A DNA stretch of 63,553 nt, the filler included. It is 5 parts of 5 records of this genome, joined end to end, with 100 filler letters (N's around TTAATTAATTAA, not from the genome) between each part and the next. Parts side by side here need not be neighbours in the genome. Positions count along the whole stretch, not along the records: positions 1 to 17,101 come from SRR20825006_3071; positions 17,202 to 34,583 come from SRR20825006_3075; 3 more parts are not named here. The stretch is one strand, 5' to 3'. Made by a program: the position numbers and the translations under genes. Shown here one piece after another: positions 9,783 through 19,664 of this stretch. Numbering within the stretch: position 1 is the first letter of the stretch; each line of letters begins with the position of its first letter. A model generated the notes under the pieces. It was given only the letters and a program-made list of their open reading frames with translations, did not search any database and had not been told where the DNA came from.

Positions 9783-10421
9783 ATGACGACGCAGGCGGGC
9801 ATATTGGAAAAGGGCCTGCTCGCCGCACTGGAACTTGCCGACGAGACGCCCTGGGCCGATCTGACACTGTCGGCCATTGCGGAGGCCGCAGATACCAGTC
9901 TTTCCGAATTTCATGGCCTTGCCAGCAAGGATGATCTTGCCGCACATGCCGACCCCTATTTCGACAAGGCCATGTCGGAAGAGGGCGTGTCGCATGATGA
10001 AAGCCCGCGGGAACGCCTGTTCGACGTCATCATGCTGCGGTTCGAGGCAATGGAAGCGCACCGTGCCGGTCTCCTCTCGCTGATGAAGTATCGCGACCAT
10101 ACGCCGTCGCTCTTGCTCTCGCTTCCACTCGCCCGAAAGCGCAGCGCCGACTGGGCGCTTGTCTCGGCCGGGCTCGACAATCGCTCCGGCGCGCCGGTGG
10201 GGCTCAAATCCGTCGCAATTGGTTATGTGATCGACACAGCCGAACGCGCCTGGCGCAAGGAAACAAGCGGCGATTTCGCGCTGACCATGGCCGCGCTCGA
10301 CAAGGGCCTGCGCGACGCCGAAGACCGGATGGAGCAGCTTCAGCGCTTCACCGGCTGGGGAAAAAAGAAAACACGGCAGGACAACACTGCCGACGAGGAA
10401 ACGAAACCGGAGGAAACATGA
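9783..10421 (+). CDS. TetR/AcrR-like regulator
   Basis: N-terminal HTH-like segment, RERLFDV.M.RFEA and TMAALDK.L motifs. Confidence 0.7.
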   Translation: MTTQAGILEKGLLAALELADETPWADLTLSAIAEAADTSLSEFHGLASKDDLAAHADPYFDKAMSEEGVSHDESPRERLFDVIMLRFEAMEAHRAGLLSLMKYRDHTPSLLLSLPLARKRSADWALVSAGLDNRSGAPVGLKSVAIGYVIDTAERAWRKETSGDFALTMAALDKGLRDAEDRMEQLQRFTGWGKKKTRQDNTADEETKPEET

Positions 10422-11504
10422 ATGAGTCGACCAGGCCTCGACGCAGACCCGCTCTCATTGGGAGCGGATTGGTTCAATGCGCTATTTGGAGAGATCGGTA
10501 TTGACGCCGAGGTTGCTGGCCTCACCGCAAAATCCATCGGCACCGGACAGATCGGCGAGAATGTCCGCTTTGTTTTCGACTATGCGCGCAAGGGGCCGAA
10601 TGCTCCGGCGACACTGGTAGGCAAGTTTCCGTCTGACAGCCCCGAAAGCCTGATGACTGCCAAGCTGCTCGGCCATTATGAGCGGGAAGTAAAATTCTAT
10701 CGAACTTTTCCGAAAGTGGCCGGCGTGATTACACCCGCGGCATTTTACACAGATTATGACCCGGACACGAACCGGTTCGCGCTGATCATGGAAGACATGG
10801 CGCCGTCAGAGCAGGGCGACCAACTTCAGGGGTGTAGCGTTGCCGAGGCCGAGCGTGCCTTGTCGGCAGCGGCTGTGTTGCATGCCGCGTACTGGAATGA
10901 TCCTTCGCTTGATACGCACGCCTGGTTGCAGGGCAGTGACCTTGCGCCGCCACCCGCGCTGACACCGGAAGCAGTGAGTGGGCTCTGGCATGGATTCAAG
11001 GATCGGTATGGTGAACGGCTGGAGGCTGACGACATCCTTGTGGGCGATGCCTATGCGGCCGCGTTGCCAGCCTGGAGTGAGGGTTATGACGGCCCGCACG
11101 CGCTTACGCACAATGATTTCCGGCTCGACAACATGTTGTTCGGCGCGGACGCGGCACCCAAGCCACTGGCCGTTGTAGACTGGCAAACAGCTGGCAAGGG
11201 CGCGCCAGCTGGCGATGTCGCATACTTTATCGGCGCCGGCCTGACGCGCGAAGACCGGCCAAAGCACGAGCAGGCATTGCTGCGCTTCTATCATGCGCGG
11301 CTGACCGAGCAGGGTATTTCCGACTACTCGTTCGAGGCGCTCTACGATCATTATCGCTGGTTCAGCTTTTACGGCATGTCGGTCGCTTTCGGGGCTGCGA
11401 TGCTGGTGAAGCAGACGGATCGCGGAGACGAGATGTTCCTCACCATGCTGCGACGTCACGCAGCGCAGGCGCGCGACAATGATGCGCTGGCATTGCTGCC
11501 GTAA
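10422..11504 (+). CDS. APH/choline-kinase-like phosphotransferase (EcKinase-like)
   Basis: REVKFY, L.MED, HNDFRLDN Brenner motif, DWQ. Confidence 0.85.
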   Translation: MSRPGLDADPLSLGADWFNALFGEIGIDAEVAGLTAKSIGTGQIGENVRFVFDYARKGPNAPATLVGKFPSDSPESLMTAKLLGHYEREVKFYRTFPKVAGVITPAAFYTDYDPDTNRFALIMEDMAPSEQGDQLQGCSVAEAERALSAAAVLHAAYWNDPSLDTHAWLQGSDLAPPPALTPEAVSGLWHGFKDRYGERLEADDILVGDAYAAALPAWSEGYDGPHALTHNDFRLDNMLFGADAAPKPLAVVDWQTAGKGAPAGDVAYFIGAGLTREDRPKHEQALLRFYHARLTEQGISDYSFEALYDHYRWFSFYGMSVAFGAAMLVKQTDRGDEMFLTMLRRHAAQARDNDALALLP

Positions 11505-11714
11505 TCCAGGCGAAAGTTATACTTTCTGTAATGAATCCAGCCGATTCCCACAATTTGTCCCGGCCCGGTACAGCTTTCCAAACATTCCTCTAACCGGGGG
11601 AGTAAAACTGACCGGGTCGCTTACGCCTCGGCTTAAACCCCACCCTGTATGTTGATTTCCATGGCGCCCGGAGAAGCCGGGCAGTCCTGTCATAGCAACT
11701 AGAATGGTGTGGAC

Positions 11715-11987
11715 ATGGAACAGCACAATGCACGTAACATCAGCGTCCCCGGCCCGGATGGCCAGATGCTGACCCTGGCGGATCTTCCGTCACCTAACAT
11801 TTCGCGTTGGGTTACGCGTCGCAAAGCTGAAGTCGTTGCAGCAGTCTCCGGGGGGCTCCTGTCCCGCAAGGCTGCTTGCGATCGCTACAGCCTGAGCGAA
11901 GAAGAGTTCGAGACGTGGGAGAAGCTTTACTCCCGTCACGGAACCAAGGGACTGCGGACCACACGTTTGCAGCAATACCGCCGCTAG
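11715..11987 (+). CDS. sciP: CtrA inhibitor SciP (DUF1153)
   Basis: GPDG..LTLADLP....RWV.RRKAEVVAAV.GGLL and GLRTTR.QQYR motifs. Confidence 0.95.
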   Translation: MEQHNARNISVPGPDGQMLTLADLPSPNISRWVTRRKAEVVAAVSGGLLSRKAACDRYSLSEEEFETWEKLYSRHGTKGLRTTRLQQYRR

Positions 11988-11999
11988 GACGCGTCACGG

Positions 12000-12033
12000 T
12001 TAACGGACTCCTCTCCGTTAAACACAAATTTAA
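12000..12033. promoter_or_regulatory. Inverted repeat with TTAA half-sites between sciP and the fliF-like gene; candidate CtrA site and/or hairpin
   Basis: TTAACGGA-ctcctc-TCCGTTAA (12000-12021), then TTAA-N7-TTTA (12018-12032), one mismatch from the CtrA box. Confidence 0.45.
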
Positions 12034-12093
12034 ATGCCAGCGCCTATCACTGGTCCTGAATGCCGGAAGTTTACCCGGCAACAGGAGTGGCGA

Positions 12094-12771
12094 ATGGACC
12101 ATAAGCTCGCAAAATTCCAAGGCAGCGCGATGCTCTCCACACGAGCAGTCGCGCTGTTTGCGCTTGTCATTGCTGGCGTGCTGGGCAGCTGGCGTGCCAG
12201 CGACCTGTTCACCCAGCCCGTTGAATCCTGGGTGCCTGGATCAGCCATTGAAACTTCCCTGATGGGTATTCTTGAGCCGGTGGCTGGCACGGGAAATATC
12301 CGCCTTTCCGTGTCCGGCGATGGTCGCTCAGGCCGATCGGTCCTCATCCTGCTGGCGTCAGATGCGAGCGAGACCGCACCAACCCTGCAACGTCTTGCAA
12401 GTTCCGCCATTCTCCTGTCGCCTGAAACCGGCGATCAGTTGATCATCGAACAGGCTGACTTCGCGCGCGGTGTTGCCGGTCGTCCGGATGCAACTGGCCG
12501 GACCGAGCTTGGCCTGTACGCATTGCTTTGCGGTTTGTTGGCATGGGTTGGTTTTCGTGCCCCGCTTGATGCGGCTCCCGCGGCGACGAGCACCGGCGCG
12601 CCAGCTGACCGAAAGTCGACCCGCATCGAATCTGCCGACATCATTCCGGTGTCCAAACCACGCCCGGTCCGCCAGCCGGACCCGGACGCCGCATCCCTTG
12701 TGCGCAAGGATCCCGCGCGCACCGCATCGATCCTGCGCAGTTGGATGCGCGGTGAAGGAGATGCCGCATGA
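12094..12771 (+). CDS. Strongly reduced FliF-like (MS-ring) protein
   Basis: ILEPVAGTGNIRLSV ... SAI..S..TGDQLII...F (RBM3-like), two hydrophobic segments, C-terminal DPARTASILRSWM helix; AGGAG RBS; overlaps the fliG start; 225 aa. Confidence 0.65.
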   Translation: MDHKLAKFQGSAMLSTRAVALFALVIAGVLGSWRASDLFTQPVESWVPGSAIETSLMGILEPVAGTGNIRLSVSGDGRSGRSVLILLASDASETAPTLQRLASSAILLSPETGDQLIIEQADFARGVAGRPDATGRTELGLYALLCGLLAWVGFRAPLDAAPAATSTGAPADRKSTRIESADIIPVSKPRPVRQPDPDAASLVRKDPARTASILRSWMRGEGDAA

Positions 12772-13697
12772 GCGCGCTGGCGATTTCCCGGCCGCGCGGC
12801 ACGACCGGGCTTGCTCGGTCGGCGCGTCTGATGCGCGCTCTGGGGCCTGAGGCCGCGCCAGTCTGGAGCGAATTGAGCCCGCAGGAAGCCCGCGCACTTT
12901 CTGCCGCAATGGACGCGCTGGATGATGATTTGCGTGATGAGACTGATGCGCTGGAAAGCTACAAACAGGCGCATGCGCGCAGCGGCGCATCTGCCGAAGC
13001 CGATACGCCAATCTGGGCTGAAGTGTCTGAACTTGAAACGCGGGACCTTTTGAAATTGGCCGAGGGCCAGCACCCGCAAGCACTTGCCCTGATGCTTTCC
13101 CGCCTGGATGGCAAAGCCTCGGCGCGCATGTTGAAGGCGCTCGAGAAACCTGTCGCCGTCGATGTGATGCAACGCCTGTTACACTTGGGTCCGGCGCATC
13201 CAAGCGCGGTCGCAGCGCTCGAAACAGCCGTGTCTGCATGGATGGCCGGTGCGGCGCCAGCTTCCCGAACCGGTGGTCATGAAGGTGTCGCCCGTATCTT
13301 CGACCGGATGGATAGCCGTTCAGAACAAAGCCTTTTGTCCGCGCTGGAATCCGCTGTGCCAGGCGCAGGACAGCGCGTCCGCTCATTGATGTTCACTTTC
13401 GACGATCTGGCGAATCTGGATGCGGGGGGACTGCAGACCTTGCTGTCTGCCGCAGACCGTACACGCCTCACCTTTGCGCTGAAAGGCGCACGCGAAGAGA
13501 CCTGCGCGGCCTTCTTCCGAAACATGACGCAACGCGCTGGAGAATTGCTGCGCGAGGAAATCGACATGCTTGGCGCCGTGCGCCGCAGCGAGATTGAAGC
13601 CGCACGAATGGAACTGGTTGATCTGGCCCGCACGCTGATCGAGCGCGGAGACATTCGCGCAGGGCGTCCGCAAGATGAGGATGAACTCGTCGAATGA
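12768..13697 (+). CDS. fliG: Flagellar motor switch protein FliG (divergent)
   Basis: QHPQ (EHPQ motif), GG linker, MFTFDDL, FFRNMTQRA..LLREE...LG.VR..EIEAA. Confidence 0.88.
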   Translation: MSALAISRPRGTTGLARSARLMRALGPEAAPVWSELSPQEARALSAAMDALDDDLRDETDALESYKQAHARSGASAEADTPIWAEVSELETRDLLKLAEGQHPQALALMLSRLDGKASARMLKALEKPVAVDVMQRLLHLGPAHPSAVAALETAVSAWMAGAAPASRTGGHEGVARIFDRMDSRSEQSLLSALESAVPGAGQRVRSLMFTFDDLANLDAGGLQTLLSAADRTRLTFALKGAREETCAAFFRNMTQRAGELLREEIDMLGAVRRSEIEAARMELVDLARTLIERGDIRAGRPQDEDELVE

Positions 13698-14098
13698 TCC
13701 ACCGCGCTGTCAAATCTGTTACGCAATTTGAATTTCGCAGCGATTTCAGTCCGGGCGAAGCGGCTCCGGTCGAGCTCGACCCACCGGTGAAGCTGACCAC
13801 GCCGGAATTGCTGGAAATGCTGGCGGAAGCCCGTGCGGAAGGCGCTGCCAGTGTGCGCGCCGAAGCGGCCCGCGCCGACAGCGAGCGCTTGCAGGGCGTG
13901 ACGAATGCACTCAACGAAGCCCTCGCCAATCTCGTGGCGCTGACAGGTCATCTGGAGGCCTGCGCCTATGAGGAGGGTTTCAGTGACCGGGCCCATGCGT
14001 TAATAAGGGCCACCGCCCGCACCATTCTTGACGGGCAGGGTGATCTGTTCGACGCCCGGCAATCTCTCACGCGTGTTACACCCGAAGGTACCTCATGA
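13694..14098 (+). CDS. Short FliH/FlbE-like protein
   Basis: Position between fliG and fliN, N-terminal F.F..DF motif, AEARAEG repeat; truncated at 134 aa. Confidence 0.55.
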   Translation: MIHRAVKSVTQFEFRSDFSPGEAAPVELDPPVKLTTPELLEMLAEARAEGAASVRAEAARADSERLQGVTNALNEALANLVALTGHLEACAYEEGFSDRAHALIRATARTILDGQGDLFDARQSLTRVTPEGTS

Positions 14099-14361
14099 CT
14101 GATTCTGCCAATCCCGCGCTGAAAAAGAGCCTGATGGATGTGCCTGTCCGGGTGGATGTGGTGCTGGGTGAACTGCGGATGCCCATCGAGGAACTGATGG
14201 CCATGGCAGAAGGGGACATCGTTGCCCTGGAACGCCATACGGGTGAGCCGGTTGACATCTATCTGTCAGATCGCCTGATGGCGCGGGGCAAACTGGTTAT
14301 TGCGGATGGCCAATTGGGCGTGACCCTGTCGGAAATCGTCGACGATCGCGCGGCTGCCTGA
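14095..14361 (+). CDS. fliN: FliN (SpoA domain) switch protein
   Basis: DVPVRVDVVLG...EPVDIY...ARGKLV...LGVTLSEI. Confidence 0.9.
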   Translation: MTDSANPALKKSLMDVPVRVDVVLGELRMPIEELMAMAEGDIVALERHTGEPVDIYLSDRLMARGKLVIADGQLGVTLSEIVDDRAAA

Positions 14362-14526
14362 CGCTTAGGCAATTATCATTAAAACATTGCAAGGCCGCTC
14401 AATTCCTAACGGAAGAAAGGAAGTTGTTAACCTTTGCCGGTGTTAACTGCTTCCAACGAAAGCATGTCCTGTCGGCCTATTGGGGTGGCGATCGGCGGGG
14501 TGATCAACACAAGGGAACATGCAAAC

Positions 14527-15537
14527 ATGCGCATGAAGATGTTCGCCGCGGAGACCCTTGAGGCCGCCAAAGCGATGATTTTTGCCGAAATGGGAGCGGA
14601 CGCGGTCATCCTGTCTGAACGGGAGATCGACGGCGGTGTGGAAGTTCGCGCTGCAACGGACAAGCTGGGAGGCGGCGTTGTTCCAAGCGAACCGCTATTC
14701 CTGCGAGAAGCCCGTGGCACCGGCCATGGTCGTGGCTCTGAAAACCCTCTCTACAGTCGCGTTCGCGACGCTCTTCTATGGCATGGCGCCCCCAAGCGCT
14801 TTGCGGATCGGGTGGCTCATGAGGGCGCTGATCAGAATGCGGTTCCGGGCGACTCGCCAGAGGATTCGATCGCGGCCGGTCTGGAGCGCATCGTCACCTG
14901 CGATCCGATTGCGGCCCGCATGGAACGCGACATCATCCTCGTGGGGCCGCCAGGACATGGCCGGACCTCCACTGCAGCGAAACTGACCCGCCGGGCGGCG
15001 GTTGCCCGTACGGCCATCCTGCCAATCGCTGCAGACCTTGATGGAACTGCAGGCGGCGCTCAGCTCGCAGCCTATCTGGAACAGGAGCGTGGCCAGATTC
15101 GCACCGCTTTGACGCCAGATGCCCTTTTCGACACGTTGCGCACCGCACGGGCCGCCGGGCATCGCTGTGTGATTGACCTGCCATCGATCAATGCGTTCGA
15201 CCAGGATGACATGGACAGCCTGCAGGACCTGATTCAGGTCGTGCGCGCCGAGCCCGTACTTGTCATGTCAGCCGAAGGTCACCCGGAAGATCAGGCAGAT
15301 GCTGCCCGCATCTTTGCCCGCGCTGGCATACGCCGCGCTATCCTGACCAAACTCGATATTGCCCGCAGGCGGGGAGGGGCCATTTCGGCTCTGTCTTCTG
15401 CGGGAATCGCCTTCTCGCACCTTGCCGTTACGCCCTTTATAGGCGGCGGGCTGGTGCCGGCAGCGCCGTCCCGGCTGGCTGCCTTGTTGATGGAAGATGC
15501 CCCCGGCGATGTGATCGCCCTGAAAGGAGCTGCGTAG
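14527..15537 (+). CDS. flhF: FlhF-like SRP-family GTPase (divergent G motifs)
   Basis: MRMKMF...EMGADAVILS N-terminus, GPPGHGRT P-loop variant, TKLD G4. Confidence 0.8.
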   Translation: MRMKMFAAETLEAAKAMIFAEMGADAVILSEREIDGGVEVRAATDKLGGGVVPSEPLFLREARGTGHGRGSENPLYSRVRDALLWHGAPKRFADRVAHEGADQNAVPGDSPEDSIAAGLERIVTCDPIAARMERDIILVGPPGHGRTSTAAKLTRRAAVARTAILPIAADLDGTAGGAQLAAYLEQERGQIRTALTPDALFDTLRTARAAGHRCVIDLPSINAFDQDDMDSLQDLIQVVRAEPVLVMSAEGHPEDQADAARIFARAGIRRAILTKLDIARRRGGAISALSSAGIAFSHLAVTPFIGGGLVPAAPSRLAALLMEDAPGDVIALKGAA

Positions 15538-15541
15538 TCCT

Positions 15542-16381
15542 ATGAGCTTCATGCTTCGAAAATCGCAGGAACGTCCGGCTCAGCGGCCGACCCCTCGCGT
15601 CGCGCCAGCCTCGATCATCGCTGTTGCGAGTGGCAAAGGTGGTGTCGGCAAGACTTTCATGGCCATTACCCTGGCCTCCGCTTTTGCCCAGGCCGGCAAG
15701 CGCACACTGTTGGTGGATGGCGATTTGGGCCTTGCCAATGTCGACGTTCAACTCGGCATCGCTCCGGAAACCGACCTCGCCGCGGTCATCGCAGGCTGGG
15801 TCGAACTGGATGACGCTGTGACGGCCGTCGATGGCGGCGCAGCAGATGGCGGCTTTGACGTATTGCCTGGCCGATCCGGCTCTGGCGCGCTGGCTGAGCT
15901 TCCGCCTGAGGAAGTTGCCCGCCTTGCTGCAGGCCTTTCGGCGCTGGCGCTGCAATACGACCAGGTGGTCGTGGACCTTGGCGCCGGGATCGAAGCCAAT
16001 TGCATGCGCTTGGCGCGCGCCGCCGACAAGGCGCTCATGGTCATTACCGACGAGCCGACCTCGATGACGGACGCTTATGCGTTCATCAAGGTGTTGCGCG
16101 GTTACGCGCCGAATGTCGAACCGGTCATCTGTATCAATCAGGCCGAGTCTCGGGCCGCAGGCCAGCGCACCTATGAAGCGATTGCGCGCGCTTGTCAGAC
16201 CTTCCTCGGCTTCCGTCCACATCTTGCGGGCACCGTAATGCGGGATCCGAAAGTGCGCGATGCGATCCGCTGCCAGAAGACGCTGATCTCCACAGACCAG
16301 CAGGCACAGCCGATCCAGGACGCAATTGCAATTTCCCAGATGCTCATAGGCGCCCGTCAAGGTGTCGATATTGGCTATTAA
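15542..16381 (+). CDS. flhG: MinD/ParA family ATPase, FlhG/FleN-like
   Basis: SGKGGVGKT, DGDLGLANVD, DLGAG and EPTS.TDAYA.IK motifs; follows flhF. Confidence 0.88.
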   Translation: MSFMLRKSQERPAQRPTPRVAPASIIAVASGKGGVGKTFMAITLASAFAQAGKRTLLVDGDLGLANVDVQLGIAPETDLAAVIAGWVELDDAVTAVDGGAADGGFDVLPGRSGSGALAELPPEEVARLAAGLSALALQYDQVVVDLGAGIEANCMRLARAADKALMVITDEPTSMTDAYAFIKVLRGYAPNVEPVICINQAESRAAGQRTYEAIARACQTFLGFRPHLAGTVMRDPKVRDAIRCQKTLISTDQQAQPIQDAIAISQMLIGARQGVDIGY

Positions 16382-16427
16382 TCTGTGTGAAGAAAGTAGA
16401 AGTTTTGGGGGCGGATCGTACGGCTTG

Positions 16428-16504
16428 TTAACCTTCGTTAAAGGAACAGCCCGTAGGATTCACATTGACAGGAAATGCGGCTAGCTTGGTCGTAATGATG
16501 ATTC
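16428..16504 (+). promoter_or_regulatory. ctrA promoter region: CtrA-like box and CcrM GANTC sites
   Basis: TTAA-ccttcg-TTAA (6-bp spacer, 16428-16441), GATTC at 16457 and 16500, TTGACA at 16465. Confidence 0.6.
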
Positions 16505-16516
16505 GGGAGACGAGAG

Positions 16517-17101
16517 ATGCGCGTCCTGCTGATTGAAGATGATAGTGCGGTGGCTCGTTCCATCGAGTTGATGCTGAAGGCTGCAGGCTTCAACATCTAC
16601 ACCACCGACCTCGGCGAAGAGGGCGTGGACCTCGGCAAGGTCTATGAGTACGACATGATCGTGCTTGACCTCTCACTGCCTGATATTTCCGGGTACGAAG
16701 TGCTCAAGCAGCTGCGCATGGGCCGTGTGAACACGCCTGTGATGATCCTCTCCGGCAATCCCGACATTGAAGCGAAGGTGAAGACGCTCGGCTACGGCGC
16801 CGACGACTATCTCACCAAGCCATTCAACAAGGACGAGCTGATCGCCCGCATCACCGCCATTGTGCGTCGCTCCAAAGGCCATGCCGAGAGCGTGATCCGC
16901 ACGGGCGAAATCGTTGTGAATCTCGACGCGAAGACCGTGGAAGTGGACGACGAGCGCGTTCATCTGACCGGCAAGGAATACCAGATGTTCGAGCTTCTTT
17001 CCCTCCGGAAAGGCACGACGCTGACCAAGGAAATGTTCCTGAACCACCTCTATGGCGGCATGGACGAGCCAGAATTGAAGATCATCGACGTCTTCATCTG
17101 C
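16517..17101 (+). CDS. ctrA: Cell-cycle response regulator CtrA (3'-truncated by the fragment end)
   Basis: [52 protein letters not shown]. Confidence 0.98.
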
Positions 17102-17201
17102 NNNNNNNNNNNNNNNNNNNNNNNNNNNNNNNNNNNNNNNNNNNNTTAATTAATTAANNNNNNNNNNNNNNNNNNNNNNNNNNNNNNNNNNNNNNNNNNN
17201 N
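17102..17201. other. Artificial contig spacer
   Basis: N44-TTAATTAATTAA-N44 (stops in all six frames); genes on both sides are cut. Confidence 0.99.
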
Positions 17202-18463
17202 CCGAAGTCGAGCGCGCCGAGGCTCATCAGGTTCCCTGACACTCCCAGTTGATTCATCACGATCAATGTCGCCAGCATGCTTGCCGGGATAATGCTCGCC
17301 ACGAGCAATCCGCCGCGCACGTTCCCGAGTAATAACAACAGGATCACGATCACCAGCACGCCACCCTCGAGGAGGTTCGTGGCCACGGTCTTGATCGTGC
17401 GTTCGACTAACTCGGTGCGGTCATAGTAGGTCTCGAGCGTGACCCCTTCGGGGAGGCTGTCGCGGACTTCATCCAGGCGCGCTGTCACTGCCTCGGAGAC
17501 CGTGCGCGAGTTCGCGCCCGTGAGCATCATCACCGTCCCGGTGACGACCTCGCCGCGACCATCTCGACTGACCGCGCCCTGGCGTACCATGGGGGCGAGC
17601 TCGATCTTGGCGACGTCACCGACCCGGATCGGGGTGCCGTCATGGCGCGTGCTCAGGACGACCTGCCGAATGTCCTCGAGTGATTCATAACTCCCCTCGC
17701 CGCGGATCAGGTTCTGCTCGCCACCTCGCACGAAGTAGGCGCCGCCCGTGTTGGCGTTGTTTTCTTCCAGAGCCTCGAAGAGTTGCTCGAGGGTGATGTC
17801 GTGCACCACGAGCTGCGCGGGATCGACCTCGACCTGGTAGGTCTTGAGATCTCCGCCAAAGCTGTTGACCTCGACGACGCCATCGATCGCGCGTAGCTGA
17901 TAGGCGATCTGCCAGTCGAGCAAGCTGCGAAGCTCCATCGAGGTATAGCACTCCGGCGTATCGGGTGCTCCTGGCGCGCACATCGGCTCGCCGCGGACCT
18001 CGAACTGGTAGATCTCGCCGAGCCCGCTCGTCAGCGGCCCCATCTCGGGCTCGCCGTAGCCTTCTCGGATCGCGCCTCTGGCGCGCGAGAGGCGCTCGTT
18101 GACGAGCTGCCTGGCGAAGTGAATATCGGTCCCTTCCTCGAAGACGATCGTCACCGCCGAGAGCCCGAAGCGCGAGAGCGAGCGGATCTCTTCGACGTCC
18201 GGCATCCCGCTCATGGTCTCTTCGACCGGGAAGGTGATAAAGCGCTCGACCTCGAGCGGTGGCAGCCCTGGCGCGTTGGTCAGGACCTGCACCTGGACGT
18301 TGGTGACATCGGGCACCGCGTCGATGGGGAGTTGCCTGGCCGAGCGCACGCCGAATACGCCCATCAGCAGGACAAAGAAAATCACCAGGAAGCGGTTGTG
18401 GATGGCGGCCTCGATGATCCTCGAGATCCATCCTTCTGACCCAGGATCAGTGTGCGTGGCCAT
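17202..18463 (-). CDS. czcA: CusA/CzcA heavy-metal RND permease (3'-truncated)
   Basis: LPIDAVPDVTNVQVQV, GLGEIYQF, YYDRTELV and GNLMSLGALDF motifs. Confidence 0.95.
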
Positions 18464-19664
18464 GACCGAGCTCCGAGCGCATCAGGTGTGATTTCAGGAC
18501 GAATGCTCCCTGGACGACGACCTTTTCGCCGACCTCGATCCCTTCGAGGATCTCGACGAAGCCATCTTGTTCGACGCCCGTGATGACCTCGCGCACGCGG
18601 TAACTCCTCGGCTTATCACCCGGAACAAGCAGGACGGTTCTGTTATCCATGCGTTGGAGGGCGTCGACGGGGACCACGGGGCGAGGCTTGCTGTCGCCGC
18701 CGGTGTCGAGGTGAAGGGCGCCGAAGTAGCCTGGCTTGAGCAGCCTCTCGGGGTTGTCTAGCTCCATGCGCACGGCCACCGAGTGCGTGCGGTGATCGAG
18801 GACGCGATCGACGTAGGCGACCTTTCCCGTCCAGGACTTGCCTGGGTATGCGTGGAGCGTGAGGACGGCGGGCATTCCCTCGAGGACCTTGGATGCGTCC
18901 TTCTCGAAGACGCGCCCGACGACCCAGACCTTGCTCGTGTCTGCGATCTGGAAGAGGACATCCTCGGGATCGACGACTTCGCCCATGGTGGCGTGACGCT
19001 CGATGATGGTGCCATCGATCGGGCTCGAGAGCGTGGCCGCGCCGCGGCCGCTGGTCGAGTTATAGATGGCTGCGCGTGCGCGGGCTTCGCGCTCTCTGGC
19101 GCGCGCGAGCTCGAGCTCGCGCCTGGCCTCTTGCAGCGCGCGCTCCGAGGTGATGCGCTCGTCGCGCAGCTTTTGCTGCCTTTTTAGTGTCTCTCTGGCG
19201 AGCTTGACCGAGGCTGTGGCGCTGGCGAGCCTGGCGCTCGCTTCGCTGACTTCCACGCTGCTCAACTCGGCGAGCTTGTCCCCTTTTTTGACGCGCGCGC
19301 CGATCTCGCCGCTGACCTTTGTCAGTTGACCCGAGAGCAGCGGTGAGATGTGCGCGACGCGGTTTGGCGCGAGCTCGACCTCGGCGATGACGCGTAGGTT
19401 GTTCGTGAGCGCTCGAGCGCTCACGGTCTCCACCTCGATGCCCGCGCGACGTCGCGCGATCTCGCTCAAGACGACCTCCCTCACGCCAGCATCTCCGTGG
19501 TCATCAGCGCCTTCGTGGTCATCCTCTTCTTCTTCACGCGAGTGGTCGTGCCCTTCATGATCCTCTGCGCTGGCGTCCTGGTGACAGCCAGAGACGAGCA
19601 GCAGAGAGGCCAGCGCGCCGAGGAGCGCGAGGTGGCGAAGTTGTTGTTTTATGAAGCGATTCAT
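18447..19664 (-). CDS. czcB: CzcB-type membrane fusion protein
   Basis: Lipobox VSGC, His/acid-rich N-terminus, SPIDG, GEKVVVQGAFVLKS and terminal GHGHAH. Confidence 0.9.
   Translation of the reverse strand: MNRFIKQQLRHLALLGALASLLLVSGCHQDASAEDHEGHDHSREEEEDDHEGADDHGDAGVREVVLSEIARRRAGIEVETVSARALTNNLRVIAEVELAPNRVAHISPLLSGQLTKVSGEIGARVKKGDKLAELSSVEVSEASARLASATASVKLARETLKRQQKLRDERITSERALQEARRELELARAREREARARAAIYNSTSGRGAATLSSPIDGTIIERHATMGEVVDPEDVLFQIADTSKVWVVGRVFEKDASKVLEGMPAVLTLHAYPGKSWTGKVAYVDRVLDHRTHSVAVRMELDNPERLLKPGYFGALHLDTGGDSKPRPVVPVDALQRMDNRTVLLVPGDKPRSYRVREVITGVEQDGFVEILEGIEVGEKVVVQGAFVLKSHLMRSELGHGHAH

Noticed and set aside
14379-14447. Full CtrA box upstream of flhF
   Set aside because: Only isolated TTAA/GTTAAC half-sites with 12-bp spacing; no TTAA-N7-TTAA.
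19490-19580. His/Glu/Asp-rich repeat in CzcB
   Set aside because: A normal metal-binding low-complexity linker of CzcB-type proteins.
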